This document shows, piece by piece, positions 8,951 to 17,518 of a DNA stretch of 41,157 nt. This DNA is from a virus. Lineage: Duplodnaviria; Heunggongvirae; Uroviricota; Caudoviricetes. Within the stretch, counting starts at the first letter, position 1. Each line of letters opens with the position of its first letter. The notes beneath the pieces were generated by a model. That model did not search any database and had not been told where the DNA came from. It saw only the letters and a program-made list of their open reading frames with translations. The DNA is taken from positions 1 through 41,157 of IMG/VR virus record IMGVR_UViG_2648501336_000006; one strand, written 5' to 3'. A program made the translations under genes and the position numbers.

Positions 8951-8975
8951 ATAAAAAACCCACCGAAGTGGGCTA
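8951..8975 (-). terminator. Intrinsic terminator (tL1-like) downstream of the first gene after N
   Basis: Minus strand CCCAC-TTCG-GTGGG stem-loop followed by TTTTTTATT. Confidence 0.65.
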
Positions 8976-9311
8976 TGACCATTTTTTATTTGGATTTCGT
9001 TGGTGAGCGTGGTTAACAACCCTGTGCATTACATCCTCATATTTTTCATCTTCAATTTTTTCAACATCGCGAGGAAATGGTGTTGCTAATGCTTTGTCAA
9101 CTTTGTCCATTGGGTCTTCATTAATCTTATATTCAGGACCGTCATCTATAGCATTAAAGCCAGGTGTTACACCGTTTTTTAATGCATATGCTATCCTCTT
9201 TTCCCATCTCGCTATTCTCCTCCTGTCTCGAGATGTAAGACCTCTATCAGATACTTTTCTATTTTGTCCGTGGTCGGGATTAACATAAATAGTCTTTTTC
9301 ACCATAAGCAT
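8973..9311 (-). CDS. Hypothetical protein (112 aa) immediately downstream of N
   Basis: ATG at 9311 two nt after the N stop codon; no recognisable domain. Confidence 0.55.
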   Translation of the reverse strand: MLMVKKTIYVNPDHGQNRKVSDRGLTSRDRRRIARWEKRIAYALKNGVTPGFNAIDDGPEYKINEDPMDKVDKALATPFPRDVEKIEDEKYEDVMHRVVNHAHQRNPNKKWS

Positions 9312-9313
9312 AC

Positions 9314-9619
9314 TCAATAAGCACCGTACGGTGGTTTACTGTACAATTTTATTTTTTGGACTGCATGTATTTTGTTTCCTAATGGGTTTGAATCCTTGTA
9401 ATAAATACTTCTATTTTTTCGAACGACTTCTTCTTTCTTCTTGCAGCAAAGGCTTCCTAGTGATGCTGCTTTGTCTGCTCTGACGCAACCAGAGAGCTTT
9501 AGCGCAATTTTTCGCGCCAGTGCTTCATTACTGCGTCGCTCGGCAATAAGTTCTGCTCTGCGAGCTTTGTAGCGGCTTTTTGCCGTACCTTTGGATTCTT
9601 TCCAGACAATGGTTACCAT
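9314..9619 (-). CDS. N: Antitermination protein N, phage-21 type arginine-rich motif (101 aa)
   Basis: N-terminal GTAKSRYKARRAELIAERR matches the phage 21 N boxB-binding peptide as recalled; AAGGAGA SD; lies between pL/nutL and the leftward operon. Confidence 0.85.
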   Translation of the reverse strand: MVTIVWKESKGTAKSRYKARRAELIAERRSNEALARKIALKLSGCVRADKAASLGSLCCKKKEEVVRKNRSIYYKDSNPLGNKIHAVQKIKLYSKPPYGAY

Positions 9620-9728
9620 GATGGTCTCCTTTAAGTGGCTTTGGCGCATGACGCGTCGAGGTGCTTATCTTCTCGATCGCTGTCTTGCAGCTGCAATTCG
9701 CGCCATCCCCAAAACCACTCAAGTTCTG

Positions 9729-9770
9729 GTCTCAACGGTTAGGTTGAGAGTCCGTCGATGTTAAAGAGCC
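9729..9770 (-). promoter_or_regulatory. nutL: nutL: boxA (GCTCTTTAA) and boxB hairpin (CTCAAC-CTAACC-GTTGAG)
   Basis: Read on the minus strand: GGCTCTTTAACATCGACGGACTCTCAACCTAACCGTTGAGACC, immediately upstream of N. Confidence 0.75.
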
Positions 9771-9815
9771 TGCCAATCTGTTCCGTTTGGCTTCCAGCGT
9801 CCTGCTGATGGCTTA

Positions 9816-9844
9816 AATTTAAGACTTCTTAATTTATTGGTCAA
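9816..9844 (-). promoter_or_regulatory. pL promoter with overlapping OL operator (ATTTAAGACTTCTTAATT)
   Basis: Minus-strand TTGACC, 17-bp spacer, TAAATT; 18-bp TTAAGA-type palindrome at 9817-9834 overlaps the -10. Confidence 0.6.
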
Positions 9845-9910
9845 GTGCATTTTTGAAGAAAACTTAATTTTATGGGCGTGAATTTAGTTTGTCTTTGATT
9901 TTTAACGGGA

Positions 9911-9935
9911 AATAAAAAAGGGGCGAAAGCCCCTT
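9911..9935 (-). terminator. Intrinsic terminator after the repressor gene
   Basis: Minus strand GGGGC-TTTC-GCCCC followed by TTTTTTATTT, starting at the c2 stop codon. Confidence 0.7.
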
Positions 9936-10584
9936 AAGGAAGGTTTGCTAGCTTGGCATCAACGACAACGCCAATGATTTTACAGTTCCCATTGATTTCA
10001 ATCATTGGGTATTGTGGATTGAGTGGTTTCAGGAATTTTCTACCGGCATCAATAACTAACTTTTTGAATGTCGCCTCGTTTTCTCCTTCAAGTTTGGCGA
10101 CTACCAGCTTTCCATTACGTGGTTCGACTTCTGGGTCGACGAGAATAATCATCCCCTCAGGAATACTCAGTCCTGCCGGGGCAGTCATTGAGTCGCCTTT
10201 AACATCGAGCCAAAAAGAGTCTTCAGAACAATCTACCGTTGTGTCGTACCAGTTATCTATTGCACGCCTATGATATGGCTCTACAGCTTCCATCCAACAT
10301 CCTGCGCTTACCCAACTAATTAGAGGATACGAACCTCTTGGATCATGCCTGCTGTGATAGGCAATGTTTGAAAGACTATCCTCTCCTTTCAACAGGTAAT
10401 CAGGGGAGCACTGCAAAGCCTTGGCTAAGGCCAATAGGTTTTCGCCATTGGGCTCAGTTTCAGATCGCTCCCATTGGGAAATAGCAACATTAGACACGCC
10501 AACCATCTTGCCAAGGGCAGCCTGCCTAATCTTGAGTTCTTTTCTGCGAGCGCGAATACGCTCACCCATCAGTTGTGTATTCAT
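9934..10584 (-). CDS. c2: P22-type C2 (CI) repressor with LexA-like autocleavage domain, 216 aa
   Basis: Near-identical to P22 C2 as recalled (MNTQLMGERIRARRK...IGVVVDAKLANLP); same length. Confidence 0.95.
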   Translation of the reverse strand: MNTQLMGERIRARRKELKIRQAALGKMVGVSNVAISQWERSETEPNGENLLALAKALQCSPDYLLKGEDSLSNIAYHSRHDPRGSYPLISWVSAGCWMEAVEPYHRRAIDNWYDTTVDCSEDSFWLDVKGDSMTAPAGLSIPEGMIILVDPEVEPRNGKLVVAKLEGENEATFKKLVIDAGRKFLKPLNPQYPMIEINGNCKIIGVVVDAKLANLP

Positions 10585-10650
10585 AGTTAAGACATCTTAA
10601 ATAAACTTGACTTAAGATTCCTTTGGTGGATAATTTAAGTGTTCTTTAAT
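10585..10650. promoter_or_regulatory. OR3-OR2-OR1 operators with pR (TTGACT-17-ATAATT) and pRM region
   Basis: AGTTAAGACATCTTAAAT (10585-10602), CTTAAGATTCC (around 10611-10621), ATTTAAGTGTTCTTTAAT (10633-10650); -35 at 10607-10612 and -10 at 10630-10635. Confidence 0.75.
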
Positions 10651-10664
10651 TTCGGAGCGAGTCT

Positions 10665-10850
10665 ATGTACAAAAAAGATGTTATTGACCACTTCGGAACC
10701 CAGCGTGCTGTTGCTAAAGCACTAGGCATTAGCGATGCAGCAGTCTCTCAGTGGAAAGAAGTTATCCCAGAGAAAGACGCCTATCGATTGGAAATCGTTA
10801 CAGCTGGCGCCCTGAAGTATCAAGAAAGTGCTTACCGCCAAGCGGCATAA
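10665..10850 (+). CDS. cro: Cro repressor, P22 type, 61 aa
   Basis: MYKKDVIDHFGTQRAVAKALGISDAAVSQWKEV... recognised as P22 Cro. Confidence 0.95.
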   Translation: MYKKDVIDHFGTQRAVAKALGISDAAVSQWKEVIPEKDAYRLEIVTAGALKYQESAYRQAA

Positions 10851-10856
10851 GCAAAT

Positions 10857-10899
10857 TGCTCTTTAACAGTTCTGGCCTTTCACCTCTAACCGGGTGAGC
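10857..10899 (+). promoter_or_regulatory. nutR: nutR: boxA (TGCTCTTTAACA) and boxB hairpin (CACC-TCTAACCG-GGTG)
   Basis: boxA at 10857-10868; boxB TTCACCTCTAACCGGGTGAGC at 10879-10899, matching the phage 21 boxB as recalled. Confidence 0.75.
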
Positions 10900-10965
10900 A
10901 AACATCAGCGGCAAATCCATTGGGTGTGCCGCTATAACTCAATATCAATATAGGAAAATTAACAA

Positions 10966-11262
10966 ATGGCACAAGCAAGCTACAGCAAGCCAACACAGCG
11001 AGAAATTGATCGCGCTGAAACTGATTTACTCATCAACCTGTCAACGCTTACCCAGCGCGGTCTGGCAAAGATGATTGGCTGTCATGAATCGAAGATAAGC
11101 AGAACGGACTGGAGATTTATTGCTTCGGTCTTGTGTGCTTTCGGAATGGCATCAGACATCAGTCCGATTAGCAGGGCTTTTAAGTATGCGCTTGATGGAC
11201 TCACCAATAAAAAACGCCCGGCGGCAACCGAGCGTTCTGAACAAATCCAGATGGAATTTTAA
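10966..11262 (+). CDS. cII: CII-like transcriptional activator, 98 aa
   Basis: C-terminus TNKKRPAATERSEQIQMEF identical to the lambda CII C-terminus as recalled; position after cro/nutR. Confidence 0.85.
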   Translation: MAQASYSKPTQREIDRAETDLLINLSTLTQRGLAKMIGCHESKISRTDWRFIASVLCAFGMASDISPISRAFKYALDGLTNKKRPAATERSEQIQMEF

Positions 11263-11284
11263 CAACATCCAACGAGGTAATTAT

Positions 11285-11557
11285 ATGCGAAACAAAGGCT
11301 TTAATCCACCTGATACACACAAAGAAGCTAAGCGTTTGCGCTTCCTTCGTTCCATTGATGAAAGAACTCAAATCTCTTTTGTGAAAGTTGCCAGAACTGA
11401 GCTTCTGAAGGCTGAGGCGAGGGCGTTGCTCCCGTCTCTACCAAAAGAGGATGGATATACGTTCATTCCAAACGCATTTCTGGAAAAGCTGCTCAAAGAA
11501 GACATATCCGTAAGTCAGTTTAACGATGTTCTTAAGGTCTTTCGTCAAGGCAGGTAG
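11285..11557 (+). CDS. Hypothetical protein (90 aa) between cII and the replication genes
   Basis: ORF track entry trimmed to the ATG at 11285 (GAGG upstream); no recognisable domain. Confidence 0.5.
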   Translation: MRNKGFNPPDTHKEAKRLRFLRSIDERTQISFVKVARTELLKAEARALLPSLPKEDGYTFIPNAFLEKLLKEDISVSQFNDVLKVFRQGR

Positions 11558-11559
11558 TT

Positions 11560-12507
11560 ATGAGCAACACAGCAAAAATCTACGATTTCAGCGCCGCACA
11601 CGAGCGCAGGAGCAACAGGATGGAGAACCAGAAAACTGGTTACATTCCGTTGTACCGGAGCATTCTGAAACAGTCATGGGCGAAAGATGTTTATCTTCGC
11701 ACCCTGTGGGAAAACCTTCTCCTGAATGCCGCCAGAAAGCCATACAAAGCGAATTTCAAAGGTCATGAATGGCATCTGCAACCCGGTCAACTGGTTGTGA
11801 CAGCAGCTGATTTAGGTCTTCAGTTATGCGACAGGCATGGCAAGCCAGCAAGCCGCGATCAGGTTGAGCGGATGCTTCAGGTTTTTGTGAAAGAGGGGAT
11901 GATCACCATTGATGGAGAGAAGCAAAAAGGTCGTGTGATTACCATCACAAATTACCATGAATATGCTCAAAAAATGGACGATTCACCCGCACATGAAGCC
12001 GCACAAACAACCGCACATGATGCCGCACATGACGAAGCCAGTAATGGCGCGGCTTTCAGAGTACATGCCGCACAAACAACCGCACATGATGTCGCACAAA
12101 CAACCGCACATCATGAACAAGAAGGTATTAACAAGAATATAAATAATACCCCCCTACCCCCCAATGGGGGCGGCGATGGGCAGGTTAAGCCTGAACGTCG
12201 CAAGGCAGAACGCATCGACTACGAATCCTTCCTGAACGCCTACAACACCGAAGTCGGTGACAGACTGCCACACGCTGTTGCGGTCAACGAGAAACGCAAA
12301 CGCCGCCTGAAGAAAATCATCCCGCAACTGAAAACGCCAAACGTGGACGGTTTCAGAGCGTATGTCAGGGCGTTTGTACATCAGGCCAAGCCGTTTTACT
12401 TCGGAGACAACGACACTGGCTGGACGGCAGATTTTGATTACCTGCTGAGGGAAGATTCGTTAACGGGAGTACGGGAAGGGAAGTTTGCAGACAGGGGGAT
12501 TGCATGA
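11560..12507 (+). CDS. Replication initiator (O-like), with origin iterons inside the coding sequence
   Basis: Position upstream of the helicase; internal repeated CCGCACATGA motifs encoding repeated AAQTTAHD peptide; stop overlaps helicase start. Confidence 0.8.
   Translation: MSNTAKIYDFSAAHERRSNRMENQKTGYIPLYRSILKQSWAKDVYLRTLWENLLLNAARKPYKANFKGHEWHLQPGQLVVTAADLGLQLCDRHGKPASRDQVERMLQVFVKEGMITIDGEKQKGRVITITNYHEYAQKMDDSPAHEAAQTTAHDAAHDEASNGAAFRVHAAQTTAHDVAQTTAHHEQEGINKNINNTPLPPNGGGDGQVKPERRKAERIDYESFLNAYNTEVGDRLPHAVAVNEKRKRRLKKIIPQLKTPNVDGFRAYVRAFVHQAKPFYFGDNDTGWTADFDYLLREDSLTGVREGKFADRGIA
11985..12180. repeat. Putative origin of replication: iterons, AT-rich tract and G/C inverted repeat
   Basis: At least five copies of CCGCACATGA-type repeats (11987-12113), AT-rich 12121-12147, then CCCCCC-AAT-GGGGG palindrome. 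Confidence 0.65.
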
Positions 12508-13880
12508 GACAGGATATCGAAGCGAGCGTTATCGGTGGCCTGCTGATTGGTGGATTAACACCAACTGCCAGTGACGTTCTGGCAACGCTTGAGCCGGAAG
12601 CGTTTTCAATTCCGCTCTACCGGAAAGCCTTCGAGGTTATCCGCAAACAGGCGCGAAACAGAAACCTAATCGACGCGCTGATGGTTGCCGAGGCGTGCGG
12701 AGAGGAGCATTTCACGTCAATCCTGATGACCAGCAAAAACTGCCCGAGTGCCGCAAACCTGAAGGGATATGCCGGAATGGTCGCGGATAACTATCACCGC
12801 CGTCTGGTGCTGGAAATCATGGATGAAATGCGTGAACCAATTCAGAGCGGAACCATCGACGCATCAAGTCAGGCGATGGATGAACTTGTAAAGCGTCTTT
12901 CAGCCATCAGAAAGCCCCGTGACGAGGTTAAACCTGTACGGTTAGGGGAAATCATCACCGACTACACTGACACGCTTGACAGGCGTCTGAGGAACGGAAA
13001 AGAGTCAGATACCCTGAAGACCGGAATCGAAGAACTTGATGCCATCACCGGAGGGATGAACGCGGAAGACCTGGTGATAATCGCTGCTCGTCCTGGTATG
13101 GGGAAAACCGAACTGGCGCTGAAGATTGCCGAAGGCGTTGCAAGCCGCGTTATTCCTGGTTCTGACGTCCGGCGCGGGGTATTGATTTTCTCAATGGAAA
13201 TGAGCGCATTGCAGATTGCAGAGCGAAGTATTGCCAACGCCGGGAGGATGTCGGTTAGCGTGCTGCGAAATCCTGCATCGATGGATGACGAAGGCTGGGC
13301 GCGCGTTGCTAACGGCATGAGTCAGCTTGCAGATTTGGATGTATGGGTAGTCGATGCCTCGCGGTTATCGGTCGAAGAAATACGCTCAATCGCAGAACGG
13401 CACAAACAGGAAAATCCAAACCTGTCACTCATCATGGCGGATTATCTTGGCCTGATTGAGAAGCCGAAAGCAGATCGCAACGACCTCGCAATTGCTCACA
13501 TCTCCGGAAGCCTTAAGGCGATGGCGAAAGACCTGAAAACGCCTGTGATCTCCCTAAGTCAGCTTTCGCGCGATGTTGAGAAGCGACCAAACAAACGCCC
13601 GACAAACGCAGATTTGCGTGATTCAGGAAGCATTGAGCAGGACGCAGACTCAATCATCATGCTCTATCGGGAAGCGGTATATGACGAGAACAGTAGCGCC
13701 GCGCCATTTGCTGAAATCATCGTGACGAAAAACCGTTTTGGCTCACTTGGTACGGTTTACCAGCGGTTCTGCAACGGACACTTTGTTGCATGTGATCAGG
13801 ATGAAGCCAGACAGATTTGCACAGCATCAAATGCACCTGCTGCGCGTGGCAGACGATATGCACAAGGGGCTGACGTATGA
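12504..13880 (+). CDS. DnaB-like replicative helicase (P22 gene 12 type), 458 aa
   Basis: Walker A ([11 protein letters not shown]) and DnaB-family motifs; same length as P22 gp12. Confidence 0.9.
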   Translation: MRQDIEASVIGGLLIGGLTPTASDVLATLEPEAFSIPLYRKAFEVIRKQARNRNLIDALMVAEACGEEHFTSILMTSKNCPSAANLKGYAGMVADNYHRRLVLEIMDEMREPIQSGTIDASSQAMDELVKRLSAIRKPRDEVKPVRLGEIITDYTDTLDRRLRNGKESDTLKTGIEELDAITGGMNAEDLVIIAARPGMGKTELALKIAEGVASRVIPGSDVRRGVLIFSMEMSALQIAERSIANAGRMSVSVLRNPASMDDEGWARVANGMSQLADLDVWVVDASRLSVEEIRSIAERHKQENPNLSLIMADYLGLIEKPKADRNDLAIAHISGSLKAMAKDLKTPVISLSQLSRDVEKRPNKRPTNADLRDSGSIEQDADSIIMLYREAVYDENSSAAPFAEIIVTKNRFGSLGTVYQRFCNGHFVACDQDEARQICTASNAPAARGRRYAQGADV

Positions 13881-13906
13881 CCATCTACATTACTGAGCTA
13901 ATAACA

Positions 13907-13937
13907 GGCCTGCTGGTAATCGCAGGCCTTTTTATTT
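13907..13937 (+). terminator. Intrinsic terminator (tR2-like) between the helicase and the nin region
   Basis: GGCCTGC-TGGTAATC-GCAGGCC stem-loop followed by TTTTTATTT. Confidence 0.75.
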
Positions 13938-13953
13938 GGGGGAGAGGGAAGTC

Positions 13954-14394
13954 ATGAAAAAACTAACCTTTGAAATTCGATCTCCAGCACATCAGCAAAA
14001 CGCTATTCACGCGGTACAGCAAATCCTTCCAGACCCAACCAAACCAATCGTAGTAACCATTCAGGAACGCAACCGCAGCTTAGACCAGAATCGAAAGCTT
14101 TGGGCTTGCCTTGGTGACGTTTCGCGTCAGGTTGAATGGCATGGTCGCTGGCTGGATGCAGAAAGCTGGAAGTGTGTGTTTACCGCAGCATTAAAGCAGC
14201 AGGACGTTGTTCCTAACCTCGCCGGGAATGGCTTTGTGGTAATAGGCCAGTCAACCAGCAGGATGCGTGTAAGCGAATTTGCGGAGCTATTAGAGCTTAT
14301 ACAGGCATTCGGTACAGAGCGTGGCGTTAAGTGGTCAGACGAAGCGAGACTGGCTCTGGAGTGGAAAGCGCGATGGGGAGACAGGGCGGCATGA
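13954..14394 (+). CDS. ninB: NinB (Orf-family recombination mediator), 146 aa
   Basis: ORF track start is TTG; ATG at 13954 with GGAGAGGGAAG SD; recognised as NinB. Confidence 0.8.
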   Translation: MKKLTFEIRSPAHQQNAIHAVQQILPDPTKPIVVTIQERNRSLDQNRKLWACLGDVSRQVEWHGRWLDAESWKCVFTAALKQQDVVPNLAGNGFVVIGQSTSRMRVSEFAELLELIQAFGTERGVKWSDEARLALEWKARWGDRAA

Positions 14395-14573
14395 GACGAC
14401 AGCGACGAAGTATCACCGACATCATCTGCGAAAACTGCAAATACCTTCCAACGAAACGCTCCAGAAATAAACGCAAGCCAATCCCAAAAGAATCTGACGT
14501 AAAAACCTTCAACTACACGGCTCACCTGTGGGATATCCGGTGGCTAAGACATCGTGCGAGGAATACAAGGTGA
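14391..14573 (+). CDS. ninD: NinD-like small zinc-ribbon protein (60 aa)
   Basis: ATG overlapping ninB stop (ATGA); [23 protein letters not shown]... matches lambda NinD as recalled. Confidence 0.7.
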   Translation: MRRQRRSITDIICENCKYLPTKRSRNKRKPIPKESDVKTFNYTAHLWDIRWLRHRARNTR

Positions 14574-14740
14574 TTGACCCAAATCGAAGTTACGAACAAG
14601 AAAGCGTCGAGCGGGCTTTAACGTGCGCTAACTGCGGTCAGAAGCTGCACGTGCTGGAAGTTCACGTGTGCTCCGATTGCTGCGCAGAACTGATGAGCGA
14701 TCCGAATAGCTCAATGTACGAGGAAGAAGACGATGAATGA
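14570..14740 (+). CDS. ninF: NinF-like protein (56 aa), GTG start
   Basis: [33 protein letters not shown] matches lambda NinF as recalled; GTG overlaps ninD stop; GAGGAA SD. Confidence 0.7.
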   Translation: MIDPNRSYEQESVERALTCANCGQKLHVLEVHVCSDCCAELMSDPNSSMYEEEDDE

Positions 14741-15455
14741 GTTAATAAATGGCAATGCCATCAAAATGACAAGCATTGAAATCGCTGAGTTGGTGGGTAA
14801 GCGTCATGACAATGTGAAACGTACCATCGAAACGCTGGCTAAAAATGGTGTTATCCGGCTTCCTCAAATTGAGGTTTCCGAAAGAATCAATAACTTAGGG
14901 TTCAATGTTCAGTACGAGCATTACGTCTTCGAAGGCGAACAAGGTAAGCGAGATAGTATTGTTGTTGTTGCCCAGTTGTCGCCAGAGTTCACCGCTCGCC
15001 TTGTTGACCGCTGGCGAGAGCTTGAAGAAGCTGCGGTTAATATCCCCAACACGCTACCAGAAGCGTTGCGCCTTGCTGCTGACCTTGCTGAGCAGAAAAT
15101 GCAACTGGAAAACCAGCTCGCAATTGCCGCACCTAAAGTTGAGTTTGCCGATCGCGTTGGCGAGGCCAGCGGAATTTTGATTGGAAACTTTGCAAAGGTT
15201 GTTGGAATTGGTCCAAACAAACTGTTTGCGTGGATGCGCGATCACAAAATTCTTATTGCTTCAGGTTCCCGGCGAAATGTGCCAATGCAGGAATATATGG
15301 ATCGCGGCTATTTCACAGTGAAAGAAACAGCGGTCAACACAAATCACGGAATACAGATATCGTTCACCACAAAAATCACCGGGCGTGGTCAACAGTGGCT
15401 GACCAGAAAGCTGCTCGATAACGGAATGCTGAAAGTAACAGGGGAGGCTGCTTAA
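14733..15455 (+). CDS. Rha/KilAC-domain phage regulatory protein (Roi-like), 240 aa
   Basis: N-terminal MTSIEIAELVGKRHDNVKRTIE typical of Rha-type DNA-binding proteins; nin-region position. Confidence 0.6.
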   Translation: MNELINGNAIKMTSIEIAELVGKRHDNVKRTIETLAKNGVIRLPQIEVSERINNLGFNVQYEHYVFEGEQGKRDSIVVVAQLSPEFTARLVDRWRELEEAAVNIPNTLPEALRLAADLAEQKMQLENQLAIAAPKVEFADRVGEASGILIGNFAKVVGIGPNKLFAWMRDHKILIASGSRRNVPMQEYMDRGYFTVKETAVNTNHGIQISFTTKITGRGQQWLTRKLLDNGMLKVTGEAA

Positions 15456-15745
15456 TGGCTAACCTACGCAAAGAAGCACGCGGCAGAGAATGCCAGGTAC
15501 GTATTTACGGCGTATGCAATGGCAATCCTGAAACTACAGTTCTGGCACATTACAGGATGGCTGGAATTTGCGGAACGGGAATGAAGCCTGACGACCTGAT
15601 CGGCGCATGGGCTTGTAGCGCGTGTCACGATGAAATCGACCGACGCACCCATAACCTCGACAACAAAGACGCCAGACTTTACCACCTCGAAGGCGTGATC
15701 AGGACGCAGGCGATACTGCTGAAGGAGGGGAAGATTAAGTCATGA
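15455..15745 (+). CDS. Cysteine-rich nin-region protein (NinX/DUF1364-like), 96 aa
   Basis: CxxC pairs (CQVRIYGVC, CSAC); position before rusA. Confidence 0.5.
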   Translation: MANLRKEARGRECQVRIYGVCNGNPETTVLAHYRMAGICGTGMKPDDLIGAWACSACHDEIDRRTHNLDNKDARLYHLEGVIRTQAILLKEGKIKS

Positions 15746-16104
15746 ACGAATATCAGTTTGTGCTTCCATACCCGCCGTCGGTGAACACCTACTGGCGAAG
15801 ACGGGGAAGCCAATATTACATCAGCGATAAAGGCCAGAAATACCGAAAAGACGTTCAGCAAATCATCCGCCAACTTAAGTTAGACATTTTCACCAAATCA
15901 CGACTCCGCATCAAAGTCATCGCAGACGTTCCAGACTCCCGCCGCCGCGACCTCGATAACATCCTGAAAGGTTTACTCGACTCACTTATCCACGCCGGAT
16001 TTGCGGAAGACGACGAGCAATTCGATGACATTCGCGTAATTCGTGGTGTGAAAGTACCAGGCGGAAGGCTTGGAATAAAAATCACCGAACTGGAGAGCGC
16101 ATGA
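15742..16104 (+). CDS. rusA: Holliday junction resolvase RusA, 120 aa
   Basis: Same length as E. coli RusA; shared DxxRRRDLDN-type catalytic motif (PDSRRRDLDNILK). Confidence 0.9.
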   Translation: MNEYQFVLPYPPSVNTYWRRRGSQYYISDKGQKYRKDVQQIIRQLKLDIFTKSRLRIKVIADVPDSRRRDLDNILKGLLDSLIHAGFAEDDEQFDDIRVIRGVKVPGGRLGIKITELESA

Positions 16105-16289
16105 ACGCCACAATTCAAACGATACCAGAGCTTCTTATCCAGACACGAGGCAATCAGACCGAAGTGGCGAGGATGCTTTCCTGCGCAAGAGGAACAGTGC
16201 TCAAGTACAACCGAGACAGCAAAGGCGAGCGTCATGTAATAGTTAACGGCGTCCTGATGGTCAAACAGGGCAAGAGGGGAAGACGATGA
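16101..16289 (+). CDS. ninH: NinH-like protein, 62 aa
   Basis: GNQTEVARMLSCARGTVLKY resembles lambda NinH (GNQTEVARRLKCSRGTVRKY). Confidence 0.8.
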   Translation: MNATIQTIPELLIQTRGNQTEVARMLSCARGTVLKYNRDSKGERHVIVNGVLMVKQGKRGRR

Positions 16290-16804
16290 GCATAAGAGAA
16301 CTAAACCTCACCAAAGAACAGCACGATTGGCTGAATGGCTGGCTTGAACTGTGGGGCGCATGGGTTTATTCAGGTCGCCTGGAAAAGCGCATGAGCAGCG
16401 TAATAGCGAAGTTCATGGAGAGCGTAGAGCCGGGAAGAGTTATGACAAGGCCAATGTGTAATGATGATGATGGAATGTTGATTTCTCAGGTCGTCGATTC
16501 CGTCATGTACATTGACAAGAAAGCCTTTGGCATCCTCCTCAGCTACTACGCGCATGGTTCATCTAAGCGAGCAATTGCATCCTACTATCACGCGACTGCA
16601 AAGCCACGCAAGATGTGTGGACGTGGTGGCGAGGGATGGAGAAAACCTTCACTGGCAACCTGTAGAAACGAAATTGACGACATCCTGAAAGCGTCATTAT
16701 TTGTTTTATACCAGCCGATGCAAAATGCTTTCAAAATGCGTAAACGTGTTGAGAAAGTTAAGCATGTTGCTGTTAAAAGCCTTGACATGCAATTAGCCAT
16801 TTAG
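16286..16804 (+). CDS. Q: Late-gene antiterminator Q (non-lambda Q type), 172 aa
   Basis: Position (after ninH, before pR' and lysis genes) and size; family assignment not verified by search. Confidence 0.65.
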   Translation: MSIRELNLTKEQHDWLNGWLELWGAWVYSGRLEKRMSSVIAKFMESVEPGRVMTRPMCNDDDGMLISQVVDSVMYIDKKAFGILLSYYAHGSSKRAIASYYHATAKPRKMCGRGGEGWRKPSLATCRNEIDDILKASLFVLYQPMQNAFKMRKRVEKVKHVAVKSLDMQLAI

Positions 16805-16811
16805 CCATAAT
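16782..16811 (+). promoter_or_regulatory. pR'-like late promoter (TTGACA-18-CATAAT) overlapping the 3' end of Q
   Basis: TTGACA at 16782-16787 and CATAAT at 16806-16811. Confidence 0.6.
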
Positions 16812-16821
16812 TAGAAGGTAA

Positions 16822-16866
16822 GCTGCCGTTAGTGACTCTTAAGTTGCAACGGTGGCTTTTTTATTT
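16822..16866 (+). terminator. tR'-like intrinsic terminator about 10-50 nt downstream of the pR'-like promoter
   Basis: 9-bp stem GCTGCCGTT/AACGGTGGC (two GU pairs) followed by TTTTTTATTT. Confidence 0.6.
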
Positions 16867-17314
16867 GCACAACAGGTAAGAGCATTGAACCCGCAGACCT
16901 CGCGGAATTGGCGAAAGGTGCCGCGCAGTGCTCTTATCGTTGTGGTGAAGCTCAATGGCGAGCTAGCAGATAGGCGATAGTGAAAATACTAGTCATGTAG
17001 CTGACCGCCGCGCGTACTGCAATCGGCAGCGCACCGATGGAAGTCGGTTCGATTCCGGCCGCCACAACCCAAACTGAGCCGTAGCCACTGGCTATCATGA
17101 ATTCATCAGTGATAGTTATGCTGCGGCCTTCTACACATGACCTTCGTGAAAGCGGGTGGCAAGAGGTTGCGCTAACAACCTCATGCCGTTTTGCCCGTGC
17201 ATATCGGTCACGAACAAATCTGATTACTAAACACAGTAGCCTGGATTTGTTCTATCAGTAATCGACCTTATTCCTAATTAAATAGAGCAAATCCCCTCAA
17301 TGAAGGGGTAGAGC

Positions 17315-17518
17315 ATGTACCGTATGGACAAAATCAGAGAATGGTTCAGTTACAGCTTCGGAGGACTGACTGCGATGGGTGGCATTCTCTCCCTGAATGA
17401 CTGGGCTGTCATCATTGGTATTCTTTGTACTGTCGGCACATTTGGCATCAACTGGTACTACAAGCGCAAAGAGCGCGAGGACAGATTGAATGGCAATGTC
17501 ACCGGCACTACGAAATAG
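17315..17518 (+). CDS. S: Class II holin / probable pinholin with dual-start motif (MYRMDK), 67 aa
   Basis: Two predicted TMDs; M1/M4 dual start analogous to phage 21 S (MKSMDK); upstream hairpin CCCCTCAATGAAGGGG; precedes a SAR endolysin. Confidence 0.75.
   Translation: MYRMDKIREWFSYSFGGLTAMGGILSLNDWAVIIGILCTVGTFGINWYYKRKEREDRLNGNVTGTTK

Noticed and set aside
9620-9933. rexA/rexB or sieB-like exclusion genes next to the repressor
   Set aside because: The interval between N and c2 is only about 315 bp and is filled by nutL, pL/OL and a terminator; no ORF fits.
10900-10965. Intrinsic tR1 terminator between nutR and cII
   Set aside because: A hairpin (AGCGGC...GCCGCT) is present but is not followed by a U-run; tR1 is rho-dependent in lambda, so no intrinsic terminator was called.
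11957-12142. 61-aa [25 protein letters not shown]... in an alternative frame of the O-like gene
   Set aside because: Its repetitive sequence is a by-product of the iteron repeats read in another frame.
17043-17070. Possible tRNA gene (T-arm-like GGTTCGATTCC)
   Set aside because: Could not fold a matching acceptor stem, D-arm or 7-nt anticodon loop by eye and the 3' end is not CCA-like; kept only as a remnant hypothesis in findings.
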